NCBI GenBank assembly: GCA_964560045.1
Contig: CAZLKG010000001.1
Location: 619 to 40,202 of the forward strand
Direction of reading: 5' to 3'
DNA: 39,584 nt
From: an uncultured Slackia sp.
Lineage (GTDB): Bacteria > Actinomycetota > Coriobacteriia > Coriobacteriales > Eggerthellaceae
Made by a program: the position numbers and the translations under genes. Under the pieces are notes generated by a model that was given only the letters and a program-made list of their open reading frames with translations, was not told where the DNA came from and did no database searches. Below are positions 18,119 through 28,608 of the stretch, piece after piece. The first letter of the stretch is position 1. Each line of letters begins with the position of its first letter.

Positions 18119-18964
18119 CTACGACAGTATCCAGTTGTCGTAGGTCAGGCCGTAGTCGGCATACTTGTCGCACAGCTCTTCGACCGTACCATCAGCTACC
18201 ATCTCGCGTAGCGTCTGGGTCACAACCTCAGCAAGCTCGGTGTCACTTAGCCTGAAGCCCACGGCATAATGCTCAGAGGACAGAGCCTCATCAAGCATCA
18301 CATAGACATCAGGATTGGCTGCCATCTGGTATTGAGCGATGGATAGATCACACGCCACAGCGGTCACAGAACCGGACTCCAGCTGCATGAAGGCGGTGTT
18401 GTAATCGCCGATGGTGTCAAGGCTAGCAAATGTGGCAGCGAGATCAGCTTGATCACCCTCAAGCACATCGAGCGCAGCGGAATCAACCTGCGTGATCACG
18501 GTGGCACCGGCAAGATCGTCAAAGCTGGAGATACCGCTGTCGGCCTTTACTACCACGACCTGTTCGTTGAGCATATAAGGCTCGGAGAAGGTATAGTCAT
18601 CCTCTCGACCTTCCATAGTAAAACCGTTCCAGATACAGGTGATAGCTCCGCCATTGAGCAGCGTATCCTTGGCATCCCAGTCGATGGGCTCAAGCTGCAA
18701 CTCCCATCCATTGCGCCCACATACCTCAGCAGCAAGGTCCAGATCGAAGCCGGTGTACTCGCCATCATCTCCCACAAAGCCATAAGGCGGATAGGACTGA
18801 TCAAAGCCCACAACAAGCGTGGTGAGCGTCGAAGGATCGGTGGCAGAGCTTTGGGCATCATCGGATGTCTGAGACTGACCGGTGTCGGAGCAGCCGACTA
18901 AAAGCGCGCCACACAGCGCAAACACCGCGACGAATGCAATAAGAATCTTGAACTTTTTGGCCAT
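18119..18964 (-). CDS. Polar amino acid ABC transporter substrate-binding lipoprotein
   Basis: Signal peptide with lipobox LVGC; VGFDQSYPPYGF, GFDLDLA, IDWD, IWNGFT, FSEPY, EHYAVGFR. Confidence 0.93.
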   Translation of the reverse strand: MAKKFKILIAFVAVFALCGALLVGCSDTGQSQTSDDAQSSATDPSTLTTLVVGFDQSYPPYGFVGDDGEYTGFDLDLAAEVCGRNGWELQLEPIDWDAKDTLLNGGAITCIWNGFTMEGREDDYTFSEPYMLNEQVVVVKADSGISSFDDLAGATVITQVDSAALDVLEGDQADLAATFASLDTIGDYNTAFMQLESGSVTAVACDLSIAQYQMAANPDVYVMLDEALSSEHYAVGFRLSDTELAEVVTQTLREMVADGTVEELCDKYADYGLTYDNWILS

Positions 18965-19037
18965 ATCATCCCCATCTTTCTCGCTATCTTGCCCCCGCCA
19001 TCCTAAGGTCGAGTGCTTTTTGGCAGGATTCGATCGT

Positions 19038-19082
19038 GTTCGCTTTAGCACGCTAAAGCGAACGGCGGCGGACAGTATAGCA
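19038..19082 (-). promoter_or_regulatory. Extended -10 promoter plus 26-bp palindrome for ABC operon
   Basis: Minus strand TGcTATACT (19082-19074) followed by GTTCGCTTTAGC-ac-GCTAAAGCGAAC (19038-19063). Confidence 0.6.
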
Positions 19083-19162
19083 CGCTGGCGCGAATCGAAA
19101 CAACGGACGCCTGGGGGCTGTGGATGAGCGGACGGATGTAGGCGGGCTAGGCCACCGAAATG

Positions 19163-20281
19163 TCACAGCTTTTCATCGTCTTCAAACCAGGCTTGATCAG
19201 GGTCTACATCCTTTATGAAAATGCGGCCTAGATCGTCTCGGTTTTTTGCTTCGTGGTATTTGAAGACCATACGCCCATCGGGCAGATCCCCTAAGATTTC
19301 TATCTTGCCCGTTATGTGCGACAGGGAGTACTTAAATGCTTTACCAAAACCGTTTTGTTGCGCCTTAGCGCCCTCCACGATACGTACGCCCTCACGCAAC
19401 GGCACCTGGAACTGAGTTTTTACACCCGTCACCGGACGACACTGGAAGACGTAGTAAGGCTCCACGCCTATTGCGGTAAGGTCTTTAAGCAGTTTTGCCA
19501 GGATTTCGACATCGGCATTAACCCCGCGCAAAAGCACCGTCTGATTGCGGACGGGAATACCCAGTGAAAGCACCTTTCGAACAGCCTCGACAGACTCAGG
19601 CGTGATCTCGCGGGGATGATCGAACTGCGTGACCATGAAAAGCTGTTTGCGCTTGGTTACCTCTCCCAAAATGCTCACGAGATCATCGTCGGTAGTGATG
19701 CGCTGCGGCAACGACACCGGCACGCGCGTGGCAATGCGGATGAAATCAAGTGAGTCGATACCGGCTAGGGTCTCCAATATCTCACGCACGCGCTCGTTGG
19801 TGTCAAGCAGTGCGTCACCACCACTCACGAGCACGTTCGTGACCTCGGGATGCTCTTCTAAGTACGCGCGAACCGCCTGTATGTCATGCACGCATCCACT
19901 CATGTCAGGCTTGTCATCAAGTCCGACCAAGCGCTTGCGGAAGCAGTGCCTGCAATACATGGCGCACGCATTGGTGGAAAGCATCATTGTGGTTTCGCGG
20001 TACTTGTGCTGCAGACCGGGCAGCACGGTGTTACTCGCCTCACCTGAGGTATCAAGACGGCCTTCGCGGTTCGCCTCCAAAACGGAAGGGATCGCCAGCT
20101 TGCGAATGGGATCGTCAGGATCAGAAAAATCAATGAGCGAGAGATAGTACGGCGGTACGGCCATGGGAGCCCGCTCTAGTATCGGCTCGATTTGGGCGCG
20201 ATCTTCTTCTGAGAATGCCCCGTGTTTCACGAGATCGTCGAAGGTTCTCGCGCACTGCCTCATTTCTTCGTGCCACTCCAT
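19163..20281 (-). CDS. KamA-family radical SAM/PLP aminomutase, substrate uncertain
   Basis: YYLSLID..DPDDPIRK, GLQHKY, CAMYCRHCFRKR, SGGD, RIATR.PV..PQRI, NQTVLLRGVN, PYY.FQC, TGK; GAAAGGA RBS before ATG at 20281. Confidence 0.92.
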   Translation of the reverse strand: MEWHEEMRQCARTFDDLVKHGAFSEEDRAQIEPILERAPMAVPPYYLSLIDFSDPDDPIRKLAIPSVLEANREGRLDTSGEASNTVLPGLQHKYRETTMMLSTNACAMYCRHCFRKRLVGLDDKPDMSGCVHDIQAVRAYLEEHPEVTNVLVSGGDALLDTNERVREILETLAGIDSLDFIRIATRVPVSLPQRITTDDDLVSILGEVTKRKQLFMVTQFDHPREITPESVEAVRKVLSLGIPVRNQTVLLRGVNADVEILAKLLKDLTAIGVEPYYVFQCRPVTGVKTQFQVPLREGVRIVEGAKAQQNGFGKAFKYSLSHITGKIEILGDLPDGRMVFKYHEAKNRDDLGRIFIKDVDPDQAWFEDDEKL

Positions 20282-20860
20282 GGGCGCACCATCCTTTCTC
20301 CTGATCATATGGACGATGGGCACAGCGATGCGCTACCAGCGCAAACGCACTGGTAGCAAAACGCCGCATCGCCGCATACCGAGCTTGAAAGATGCCAAAG
20401 CGCAGGTCTTCAAGGCGGAACGGGAGAACGCGACAGGAGGGTGCTCTTGCAGCAACCGTTCCGCGGAGCCGACAGAATCGAAAGAGCGTCGGACGCGGCA
20501 GGGGATCCCACATGCAGAAACATGCGGGAGGGATTGCGGATTTCGGACCAAATACCGAGGTCATGATAGCGTTAGGGCAGAGACACAGGATGGCATCATC
20601 GGGAAGCTGTAGCCAAACCGTTACCTGACTTTAAGACATTATCCAAAAATCTTCGTTTTGTTAAGGCAGAACCGGCGCAAAATTAACACAAATCGCAATA
20701 TATGTGCAATGCGCCATCTTCTACCAGGGAGCAGAAAGAACATCGTCGAGGTCTTGAATGCCTCCAGTCAACCGCCTTGGTTTTTGCAAAACGAATATCT
20801 GAGCAAACCGAAAACGCAGGCATTCGGAGACAAAACTTCGCATTCCTGTTCTCAAGGAAG

Positions 20861-21502
20861 CTATACCCCTATAGCCACGTAGGGATTGTCGGGATCCGCA
20901 TCGAGCATAACGTTGAAAAAGTCCTGGACACGACCGGCGAATTCCCGAAAATCATACCAAAGCTGATCCTCGTACGCATCCGTATCGCTCACCACTCCCA
21001 CGGCATCAAGTCCCACGCCACGCGCATCGTACACCGCACGAAAGAGATGGTATTCCTGCGTTGTCACGACGGCGGTTTGGGCGCCAAAGACGTTTTTCGC
21101 ACGCCACATGGAGTCATAGGTGTGATATCCGCCGGGATCGCAATAGATCGCATCGGAGGGCACACCCTGGGCTATGGCGTATTCCTTCATGGTTGTGGGT
21201 TCATCATAATTCGAGGCGCGTCCATCGCCTGACATGATGATGACCGGTGCTACGCCCCGCTCGTAAAGCTCGATGGCGGCATCCACACGGCTTTGCAAGA
21301 TCGAGGAAAGGGTTCCATCAGCATACACGCTCGCACCAAGCACGATGATGCAATCGTAAGTCTGCCCGGATTCCGCCGCTTCGGAGGCAGACGTTTCGAT
21401 GTAGGGCTTAACTGACAGCACCATCCACACGTTGATGCCCACAACGACAAGCAACGCTACTACGAGCATGCTTGCGATGCTTTTGAGAACGGTGCGAATC
21501 AC
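20861..21502 (-). CDS. SanA/YdcF (DUF218) family protein
   Basis: N-terminal TM; IIVLGA, RVDAAIELY, MSGD, YDEP..M, DPGGYHTYDS, TQEYHLFRA. Confidence 0.88.
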   Translation of the reverse strand: MIRTVLKSIASMLVVALLVVVGINVWMVLSVKPYIETSASEAAESGQTYDCIIVLGASVYADGTLSSILQSRVDAAIELYERGVAPVIIMSGDGRASNYDEPTTMKEYAIAQGVPSDAIYCDPGGYHTYDSMWRAKNVFGAQTAVVTTQEYHLFRAVYDARGVGLDAVGVVSDTDAYEDQLWYDFREFAGRVQDFFNVMLDADPDNPYVAIGV

Positions 21503-21632
21503 GCGTTTGCCCCCATGTACCTAACCTCTCCTCACCATCTCTTTGCCATGACAGCTCCGCAATCCAACACCGCCCAGGCGGCGCACCCTTAGATATTTCA
21601 AGATGCAACGAAGCGAACATGTATGAGAGTAC

Positions 21633-24212
21633 CTATTTCACGACGATATTCACCAGACGCCCGGGAATGACGATCTGTTTGACTACGACTCTATCTTTGA
21701 TGGCGGTGGCTACCGCACGCCGCGCTTCTGCGGACACAAGGTCTTCTCCCGCATCGGAATCCACCGTGATATGAGCTTTCACCTTACCGTTGACCTGCAC
21801 CGCAAGCTCCACCACATCGGCGATGGCCTTCTTGGGATCAAAGGTAGGCCATCCTTGCGCATGCACGCTATCCTCATGGCCAAGGACGGTGCGCCACAGC
21901 TCTTCGGTCATGTGCGCCGCCATGGGCGAGAGCAGCTTGACCAAAGTTTCAGCAACATCGCGGCCAAGCGCGACATCACGCGCTTCGGGAGAAGTCTTGC
22001 GCAGATAGTCGCCTGCGGCATTGGCCAGCTCCATCATCGCAGCGATAGCAGTGTTGAAGTTGTTACGTTCGAAATCGGCGGTGGCCTTATCCACCACGCG
22101 ATGGCGTTCACGTAGCAGTACCTTTGCCGCTTTAGCTACTTGCGCTTCGGTGGAACCCTCCTGATACAAGGTCTCTTCACCGGCCTTGCCTACCAGGTCG
22201 TGTACGGCACGCCACACGCGGTTGAGGAAGCGGTGAATACCTCCCAAACCCGCCTCATTCCAATCAAGATCTTTTTCGGGCGGAGCCATAAAGAGAATGT
22301 AGGTGCGCACGGCGTCTGCCCCGTACGCCTCCATCATCTCCACGGGTGATACCACGTTGCCCTTGGATTTGGACATGGTATCGCCATGCTCATCCTTCAC
22401 CATACCCTGACACAGCAAATCGACAAACGGCTCTCCAAAATCGAGCATACCCGCATCTCGCATCACCTTGGTGAAAAAGCGCGAGTAGAGCAGATGCATA
22501 ATGGCGTGTTCAATGCCACCGATATAGCGATCCACCGGCATATAGCGATCCGCAAGTTCGCGGCCAAATGGCATCGTGTCATTGTGAGGATCGCAGTAAC
22601 GCAGAAAATACCAGCTCGAACAAGTGAACGTATCCATAGTGTCGGTCTCACGGCGGGCGGGTTTGCCGCATTGGGGACAACTACACTCCACAAACTCCGC
22701 ATGATCCGCCAGCTGCTCACCTTTAGTAATGTCTAAATCCATGGGCAGCTCAACCGGTAAGTCCTCGTAGGGCACAGCTACGATGCCGCAATCATCACAG
22801 TAGATGGCGGGAATGGGATTGCCCCAATAGCGTTGGCGGCTTATAAGCCAGTCTCGCAGGCGAAACTCAACCTTGCGCCTACCAAGGCCCGCAGCCTCCA
22901 GGTCGGCAACGATGGCAGCCTCACCCTCAGAGTACTTGCCACCGGCCATGCCGGTGTATCTGCCCGACTGCACAAGCACCCCTTCGGCCATATGGGCCTC
23001 AGGCCAATCTACAGTCTGTGCGCTGAACTGGGTAATCACCTCATCACGCGCCTGGCCGGATTCTTCCATCATGGCCGTAATCTCATCTTCCATGAGAATA
23101 ATGGGAACGATAGGCAGATCGTATTTGCGGGCAAACTCAAAGTCGCGCTGATCGCCACAGGGCACGGCCATCACGGCTCCGGTACCGTAGTCGGCCACCA
23201 CGTAGTCGGCCACCCAGACGGGAACCTTCTGTCCGTTGACGGGATTGACCACGTAGCGACCGATAAATACACCATGCTTCTCGCGATCGCCCCGGGAGCG
23301 CTCCACCGAGCTCACTTTTTCGGACGCAGCGATGAGCTCCAGCACCTCGGCCTCTTGCTCTGATCCGGCAACGAGTTCTTTCAGACCCGGATATTCCGGG
23401 GCAAGTACGAAGAAGGTGCAGCCAAAGAGCGTGTCCGCACGCGTAGTGAACACGCCGATGATATCTTCTTCGCTAGGATTGGAGGGGGCATTGCCATCCT
23501 TGTCGCAGAGGATGAAATCAACCTCGGCACCCTCCGAGCGACCAATCCAGTTAGCCTGCATCTGCTTGACGCGCTCGGGCCAGTCCTCGAGTTTGTCCAA
23601 GTCATCCAACAGCTCTTGGGCGTAGTTAGTGATCTTGAAATACCATTGTTCCAGTTCGCGGCGCTCCACAAGGGTTCCACAGCGCCAACATGCGCCCTCG
23701 ACCACCTGCTCATTGGCAAGCACCGTATCACACGATTCACACCAATTCACCGGACTACTGCGACGCTCCACCAGGCCCATATCCCACATCTTAAGGAAAA
23801 TCCATTGACCCCAGCGGTAGTATTCCTTGTCGCAGGTACGCACCGTGCGATCCCAGTCATAGGACAAACCCATGCGCTTAAACACCGTACGTTGCGCTTC
23901 AATATTGTCATAAGTCCATGTAGCAGGATGACCCTTATGCTTGATGGCGGCGTTTTCAGCCGGCAGGCCAAAGGCGTCCCAGCCCATGGGGTGCAGCACA
24001 TCAAAGCCGCGCATCTTGCTGTAGCGCGCAATTACATCACCAATGGCATAGTTGCGCGCGTGGCCCATATGCGGATCTCCCGAAGGGTATGGGAACATTT
24101 CAAGCACGTATTTTTTGGGTCTGGAGGGGTCGCCTTCCATCTTGTACTGCTCGGTCTCTTCCCAAACCTTCTGCCAGCGTAGCTCGATTTCGTGGGGGTT
24201 GTACTCTTTCAT
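21633..24212 (-). CDS. leuS: Leucine--tRNA ligase
   Basis: [27 protein letters not shown]1 editing [42 protein letters not shown]; GGAGG RBS. Confidence 0.97.
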   Translation of the reverse strand: MKEYNPHEIELRWQKVWEETEQYKMEGDPSRPKKYVLEMFPYPSGDPHMGHARNYAIGDVIARYSKMRGFDVLHPMGWDAFGLPAENAAIKHKGHPATWTYDNIEAQRTVFKRMGLSYDWDRTVRTCDKEYYRWGQWIFLKMWDMGLVERRSSPVNWCESCDTVLANEQVVEGACWRCGTLVERRELEQWYFKITNYAQELLDDLDKLEDWPERVKQMQANWIGRSEGAEVDFILCDKDGNAPSNPSEEDIIGVFTTRADTLFGCTFFVLAPEYPGLKELVAGSEQEAEVLELIAASEKVSSVERSRGDREKHGVFIGRYVVNPVNGQKVPVWVADYVVADYGTGAVMAVPCGDQRDFEFARKYDLPIVPIILMEDEITAMMEESGQARDEVITQFSAQTVDWPEAHMAEGVLVQSGRYTGMAGGKYSEGEAAIVADLEAAGLGRRKVEFRLRDWLISRQRYWGNPIPAIYCDDCGIVAVPYEDLPVELPMDLDITKGEQLADHAEFVECSCPQCGKPARRETDTMDTFTCSSWYFLRYCDPHNDTMPFGRELADRYMPVDRYIGGIEHAIMHLLYSRFFTKVMRDAGMLDFGEPFVDLLCQGMVKDEHGDTMSKSKGNVVSPVEMMEAYGADAVRTYILFMAPPEKDLDWNEAGLGGIHRFLNRVWRAVHDLVGKAGEETLYQEGSTEAQVAKAAKVLLRERHRVVDKATADFERNNFNTAIAAMMELANAAGDYLRKTSPEARDVALGRDVAETLVKLLSPMAAHMTEELWRTVLGHEDSVHAQGWPTFDPKKAIADVVELAVQVNGKVKAHITVDSDAGEDLVSAEARRAVATAIKDRVVVKQIVIPGRLVNIVVK

Positions 24213-24261
24213 TATTCCTCCGTGCATATCGGCAAGGTGCAACTCAAACGCGAATTGAGTC

Positions 24262-24289
24262 ATTATACGGCGAGTTTGTCGTTTGCGAA
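24262..24289 (-). promoter_or_regulatory. Candidate sigma70-type promoter for leuS
   Basis: Minus strand TATAAT (24267-24262) with TTCGCA 16 bp upstream. Confidence 0.45.
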
Positions 24290-24443
24290 CTCCTTCCGAG
24301 GCCGCCTTGGCATACTCTGCGGAAAGCTCCACAGCTCAAAGAAGCATCTTTTTGGTCTGAGAAACGAGAAAGCAAAGCGCCACGAGGTAGCCTCCGGTTC
24401 ACCAGATGAGAGGCCACACCGTGGCGGTCAAACCCAAAAACGG

Positions 24444-24476
24444 AAAAATATGCGCCCAGAGTGCTCTCGAAGGCGC
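24444..24476 (-). terminator. Possible terminator after encapsulin
   Basis: GCGCC...GGCGC interrupted stem followed by a T-run on the minus strand, just after the stop codon. Confidence 0.4.
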
Positions 24477-24485
24477 TTTTTGAGA

Positions 24486-25298
24486 CTATTCGAATATGAC
24501 GATGGCTCCAGGCTCCTTAATGCGCAGCGCCACAGTTTCCATGATGCGGAAGGGATGATTCAAGTCGGACTGTCCGAGATAGCCAACGGAAAGATCCATA
24601 CCTATGGCAATATCCATATATCGAGAGTCTGCACAAACTAGCGCTGCTTTGCCCAGACCAAAGGCACCTACGGCATACACACGACCACTTATCAGGGTCT
24701 TAATGCGGTCTATTTCCAACAAGCCCACATTCGGCTGCAAGCGCTGCAGCTGCATATAGACATCCGGACTGACAACCAATGCATAGTGCCCCAGCATGCT
24801 ATTGCTGAGGAAATAGGCTACAGCCTGTGCAACATCGGCATAGGCGTTCTCTCCGGCAGACCAGTCGCCGCGTTTGAGCGTATGGGCACCAGCCGCCGTG
24901 AACAGCCCCTCCGTCCCCAGTGCTGCGTTGCCGAACAGGAATAGCTCATCTTCTTGGCGCGCGCTCATCTGAGCTGCAGTTGCCGCCACCGAAAGATCCA
25001 CGGGATGGCCATTTTTTTCCGCCTCGGCAATATCGCGCCAAAGCAGGGTGAAATCCTGATAAAGCAGGGGCAGCTCCACCAGACTGCGACCGGCAATCCG
25101 CCCGACGTTGTTGTCGAAGACCTCCTCTTTAGTCGTACGATCTACCGCCACATGAGACGTTCCGGCACCTAGAGGGCCGAAGATGGGAAGAAAGCGGCGG
25201 CAAACCATATGCTGCTTCGCGCTCTCGACTACGGCAGAGTCAATCCGATCCCACAGCTCTTCAGAAATCGGCGCATCGCCTCTCGCCAGATAATCCAT
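24486..25298 (-). CDS. Family 1 encapsulin nanocompartment shell protein (Linocin M18-like)
   Basis: MDYLARGDAPISEELWDRID, RRFLPIFGPLG, A..EDELFLFG, GMDLSVGY, ETVALRI; 270 aa. Confidence 0.93.
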   Translation of the reverse strand: MDYLARGDAPISEELWDRIDSAVVESAKQHMVCRRFLPIFGPLGAGTSHVAVDRTTKEEVFDNNVGRIAGRSLVELPLLYQDFTLLWRDIAEAEKNGHPVDLSVAATAAQMSARQEDELFLFGNAALGTEGLFTAAGAHTLKRGDWSAGENAYADVAQAVAYFLSNSMLGHYALVVSPDVYMQLQRLQPNVGLLEIDRIKTLISGRVYAVGAFGLGKAALVCADSRYMDIAIGMDLSVGYLGQSDLNHPFRIMETVALRIKEPGAIVIFE

Positions 25299-25312
25299 AT
25301 TTTCACCTCATC

Positions 25313-25669
25313 CTACTCATCCAAAAGACTGCCCACCGTTGCAGAAGAGGTGGATGTCTCCTTCTTTACAATTCCCAGCGCCTCGAGCGTTTCGTTCACT
25401 TCGCCTTCCCCTTCAAGGAAGAGGGCAGCTTCTTTGGGATCAAGATGACGCATGAGCGTGATCAACTCGCCAACGTGAACTTTCTCTTCATCTCGGATAT
25501 CGGCAAGAACTGCTTTGGCCGCCGGATCGTCAGTTGCCTGGCAATGCGCGTCGTAGAGAAAAATCGCTTCCAGCTCCCCGGCTATATCATGGCGAATAGC
25601 CTGCATGAGCTCGGAATTTGACATTTTTCTTTCCACGTTGGCCGCAAAAGGATTTGGAAATGCGGGCAT
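25313..25669 (-). CDS. Encapsulin-associated ferritin-like protein (Flp/EncFtn) cargo
   Basis: ELEAIFLY and DIRDEEKVHVGEL ferroxidase helices; flexible linker and C-terminal TVGSL targeting peptide; directly upstream of encapsulin. Confidence 0.9.
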   Translation of the reverse strand: MPAFPNPFAANVERKMSNSELMQAIRHDIAGELEAIFLYDAHCQATDDPAAKAVLADIRDEEKVHVGELITLMRHLDPKEAALFLEGEGEVNETLEALGIVKKETSTSSATVGSLLDE

Positions 25670-25870
25670 AAGACGTCTCCTTTCCGAACGATTTATCGCT
25701 CCCCCGCCTACAAATGTAGCACGAGTCTATACCGCGTTTCAATGGTACCTAAATGCCATGGACGCGAGGGCAATTACCGGTGGCAATTATCTCCTCAAGC
25801 GTCCTCATCAAACCTCTTTAAGTGCGATCTTCATCGATCGCCGTACGCGTTCCCGATTGCTTGAAGCCCA

Positions 25871-27034
25871 TCACAAAAACCGGTAGCTCACTTCGCGCAC
25901 GCCCCACGCGTCAGGAGAGCTGAAACCAAGCGCTTTACACACGCCGGGCTGCAGATCGAGCGCACGGGAGCCGCCATCCAAACCACCGCAGTCGTTCACC
26001 ACAGCTACGACGGTGCGCCCGCCGTAACTGATTTCCACGCTTCGACCGAAATACGAACGGTAGTTGGGCCACGACATGGGAATCGCCACACCCATAGATG
26101 TCTCTGTAACCGTAGCACCCGCAGCCGTGCTTGCACCAAGCGTACCATCTGCCTCAGTGCCGTATGCTGAGGCAAGGCCCGTCTTCCAACCGGAACCAAT
26201 CTCTGTCGAGGTATTCTCGCTTGACGATGATTCGCCGCTAGACCCACTCGCCGATCCACTACCGGATGATGACGAATCAGAAGACCCACTCGCCGAATCG
26301 TCGACCCCTGAAGAATCGGAGGATTCGGACGTGGGTGTCTCCTGTGCAGCAGCAGCCTCCGCCTGAGCAGCAGCAAGCTCTTCAGCCGCCTTCTGCAACG
26401 CGGCCAAACGCTCCGCTTCGGCATCGGCCTCTGCCTGTTCAAGCTGGGCTTGGGCGTTGCTCACTAGTTCGGCAGCTTCCCGATTCTTCGCTTCGGCCTC
26501 CTCTAAGGCTGCCATCTGAGAGTCTTTCTTTGCATTCAGATCGTCAAGTGCATCGGACAATTCCTGTTCTCGCTGCTTCTGCTCCTCAATAACCCGTGCC
26601 TGAGCCTCTTGGACGGACTCAATGTAGTGCAGATTATCAATGAGTTCCCCTAGATTTTGCGATCCGAAAAGGACTTTAAGAATGGAAATTCCACCGGTCT
26701 TATATTCGTATAAGACCATCTCGCCGAGCTTGTCGCGACCCTCCTGGACGGCACTCTGCGCGTCCATAACGCCTTCGGCGGCCTCATCGATTTGAGCCTG
26801 AAGATCTTCAATCTGAGCCGCTAGGTTTGCATATTCCTCGGCGATCTGCTCCATGCGCGCTTCCGCCTCTTCAAGAGCCGCCGTGGCCTCACTTACCTCA
26901 TCCGCCCAGGCTGAGCCCAGCGGAACAACCGGAGCAGCAAGAGACGCGGCCAACACACACGCCATCAGCATCTTAGATATGTTTTCCAAGGCTTTGATAC
27001 GAACATCTTCCCTCGAAAACCAAAAACCGAGCAT
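25871..27034 (-). CDS. Secreted coiled-coil protein with C-terminal RlpA-like double-psi beta-barrel (putative peptidoglycan hydrolase); start uncertain
   Basis: Signal peptide ending AWA, PcsB-like coiled coil, Ser/Gly/Asp linker, ASAYG...GRSVEI..GGRTVVAVVNDCG...RALDL. Confidence 0.75.
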   Translation of the reverse strand: MLGFWFSREDVRIKALENISKMLMACVLAASLAAPVVPLGSAWADEVSEATAALEEAEARMEQIAEEYANLAAQIEDLQAQIDEAAEGVMDAQSAVQEGRDKLGEMVLYEYKTGGISILKVLFGSQNLGELIDNLHYIESVQEAQARVIEEQKQREQELSDALDDLNAKKDSQMAALEEAEAKNREAAELVSNAQAQLEQAEADAEAERLAALQKAAEELAAAQAEAAAAQETPTSESSDSSGVDDSASGSSDSSSSGSGSASGSSGESSSSENTSTEIGSGWKTGLASAYGTEADGTLGASTAAGATVTETSMGVAIPMSWPNYRSYFGRSVEISYGGRTVVAVVNDCGGLDGGSRALDLQPGVCKALGFSSPDAWGVREVSYRFL

Positions 27035-27090
27035 CTAAAGCATACACCTCACAAACGCATCAGTATAGTAGCCGATCCACTCAAGACAGC

Positions 27091-28608
27091 TCAGCGCGCA
27101 GTAGTCGCATACGGGGTTTTGTCCTTCAACAGTACATCATGCGCACCGCCTTCCACGATGGAGGTGGAGGAAACCACCGTGAGTTTCGCCTTGTCGCGAA
27201 ACTCGGGAATGGTGAGCGCGCCACAATTGCACATGGTTGACTTAACCTTGAGTAAGGTGACGGCCATGTTGTCCTTCAGACTTCCAGCGTAGGGAACGTA
27301 GGAATCCACTCCCTCTTCAAAGGACAGCGTTCTCCCACCTCCCAGATCATAGCGGCCCCAATTGCGAGCACGGGCCGATCCCTCACCCCAATACTCCTTC
27401 ATGTATTGTCCGTTCACCATGACCTTGGCCGAAGGGCTCTCATCGAAGCGGGCAAAGTAGCGGCCCAACATAACAAAGTCAGCGCCCATGGCAAGCGCAA
27501 TCGAAATGTGATGATCGTAGACGATGCCGCCATCGGAGCAGATGGGTACATAGACACCTGTCTGCTCAAAGTATTCATCTCGGGCTTTAGCAACCTCAAT
27601 GACAGCCGTGGCCTGGCCACGGCCAATGCCCTTGGTTTCGCGGGTGATGCATATAGATCCGCCGCCGATGCCCACCTTCACAAAGTCGGCACCGCAATCG
27701 GCCAAAAAGCGAAAACCTTCGCGATCGACCACGTTGCCTGCGCCCACTTTGACGGAATCGCCGTAGCGCTCACGCACCCATTCGATAGTCATCTTCTGCC
27801 AATCGTAAAAGCCTTCGGAAGAATCGATGCACAACACATCGGCCCCTGCTTTAGCGAGGGCGGGAACGCGCTCGGCGTAATCGCGAGAGTTGATGCCTGC
27901 GCCCACCATGTAGCGCTTCTCGCGGTCAAGCATCTCCAGTGGGTTTTCTTTGTGAGAGTCATAGTCCTTACGAAACACCAGGTAGGCGAGGCAGTCATCC
28001 CCATCCACCAGGGGTAGGCTGTTGAGCTTGTGCTCCCAGATAATGTCATTGGCTTCAGAGAGCGAAGTATCGGCAGGGGCTACGATTAACTTCTCTCGCG
28101 GGGTCATGAAGCCTGCTACCTTCTCGTTCAGCGACATGCGAGACAAACGATAGTCGCGTTCGGTTACCACGCCAAGGAGCCTGCCGTTAGGACTTGCACC
28201 GGCAGTCACAGGCATGGTGGAGTGCCCCGTTTTTTCCTTGAGTTCGAGCACCTGCCCAAGCGTCATGTCAGGCGAAAGCGTGGCATCGCTCACCACAAAG
28301 CCCGCCTTGTACTGTTTGACGCGACAGACCATTGCGGCCTCATCCTCAATGGTCTGGTTGCCATAGATAAACGACAAGCCACCCTCAGTCGCAAGCGCCA
28401 CGGCCATGCGGTCATCCGACACGGCAGCCATAATGGCCGACACCATGGGGACGTTGAGCGACAAGGGGCAATCCTCCTCGCCCTTACGATAGCGAACAAG
28501 CGGCGTTTTCAAGCTGACCTCGGCAGGAATGCAACCCGCCGGCGTGTGACCGGGAATCAACAGATACTCGTTGAAGGTGCGAGAGGGCTCTTCGTAGTAA
28601 AACGCCAT
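27091..28608 (-). CDS. guaB: IMP dehydrogenase with CBS domains
   Basis: PMVSAIM, CBS pair, [26 protein letters not shown] catalytic Cys, [16 protein letters not shown]; GAAGGAG RBS. Confidence 0.95.
   Translation of the reverse strand: MAFYYEEPSRTFNEYLLIPGHTPAGCIPAEVSLKTPLVRYRKGEEDCPLSLNVPMVSAIMAAVSDDRMAVALATEGGLSFIYGNQTIEDEAAMVCRVKQYKAGFVVSDATLSPDMTLGQVLELKEKTGHSTMPVTAGASPNGRLLGVVTERDYRLSRMSLNEKVAGFMTPREKLIVAPADTSLSEANDIIWEHKLNSLPLVDGDDCLAYLVFRKDYDSHKENPLEMLDREKRYMVGAGINSRDYAERVPALAKAGADVLCIDSSEGFYDWQKMTIEWVRERYGDSVKVGAGNVVDREGFRFLADCGADFVKVGIGGGSICITRETKGIGRGQATAVIEVAKARDEYFEQTGVYVPICSDGGIVYDHHISIALAMGADFVMLGRYFARFDESPSAKVMVNGQYMKEYWGEGSARARNWGRYDLGGGRTLSFEEGVDSYVPYAGSLKDNMAVTLLKVKSTMCNCGALTIPEFRDKAKLTVVSSTSIVEGGAHDVLLKDKTPYATTAR

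Noticed and set aside
19163-20281. Assigning kamA/ablA/epmB/eam
   Set aside because: Substrate-determining residues and genomic context match none of them
21633-24212. LeuRS TMSKS and DPHMGH variants as a sign of altered function
   Set aside because: The catalytic second Lys and both His are retained; such variation is common
24213-24485. T-box leader upstream of leuS
   Set aside because: No TGGNACC T-box motif on the minus strand, and the candidate promoter lies only about 50 bp from the start codon
24486-25298. Bacteriocin (Linocin M18) label
   Set aside because: Legacy annotation; the adjacent cargo with targeting peptide indicates an encapsulin
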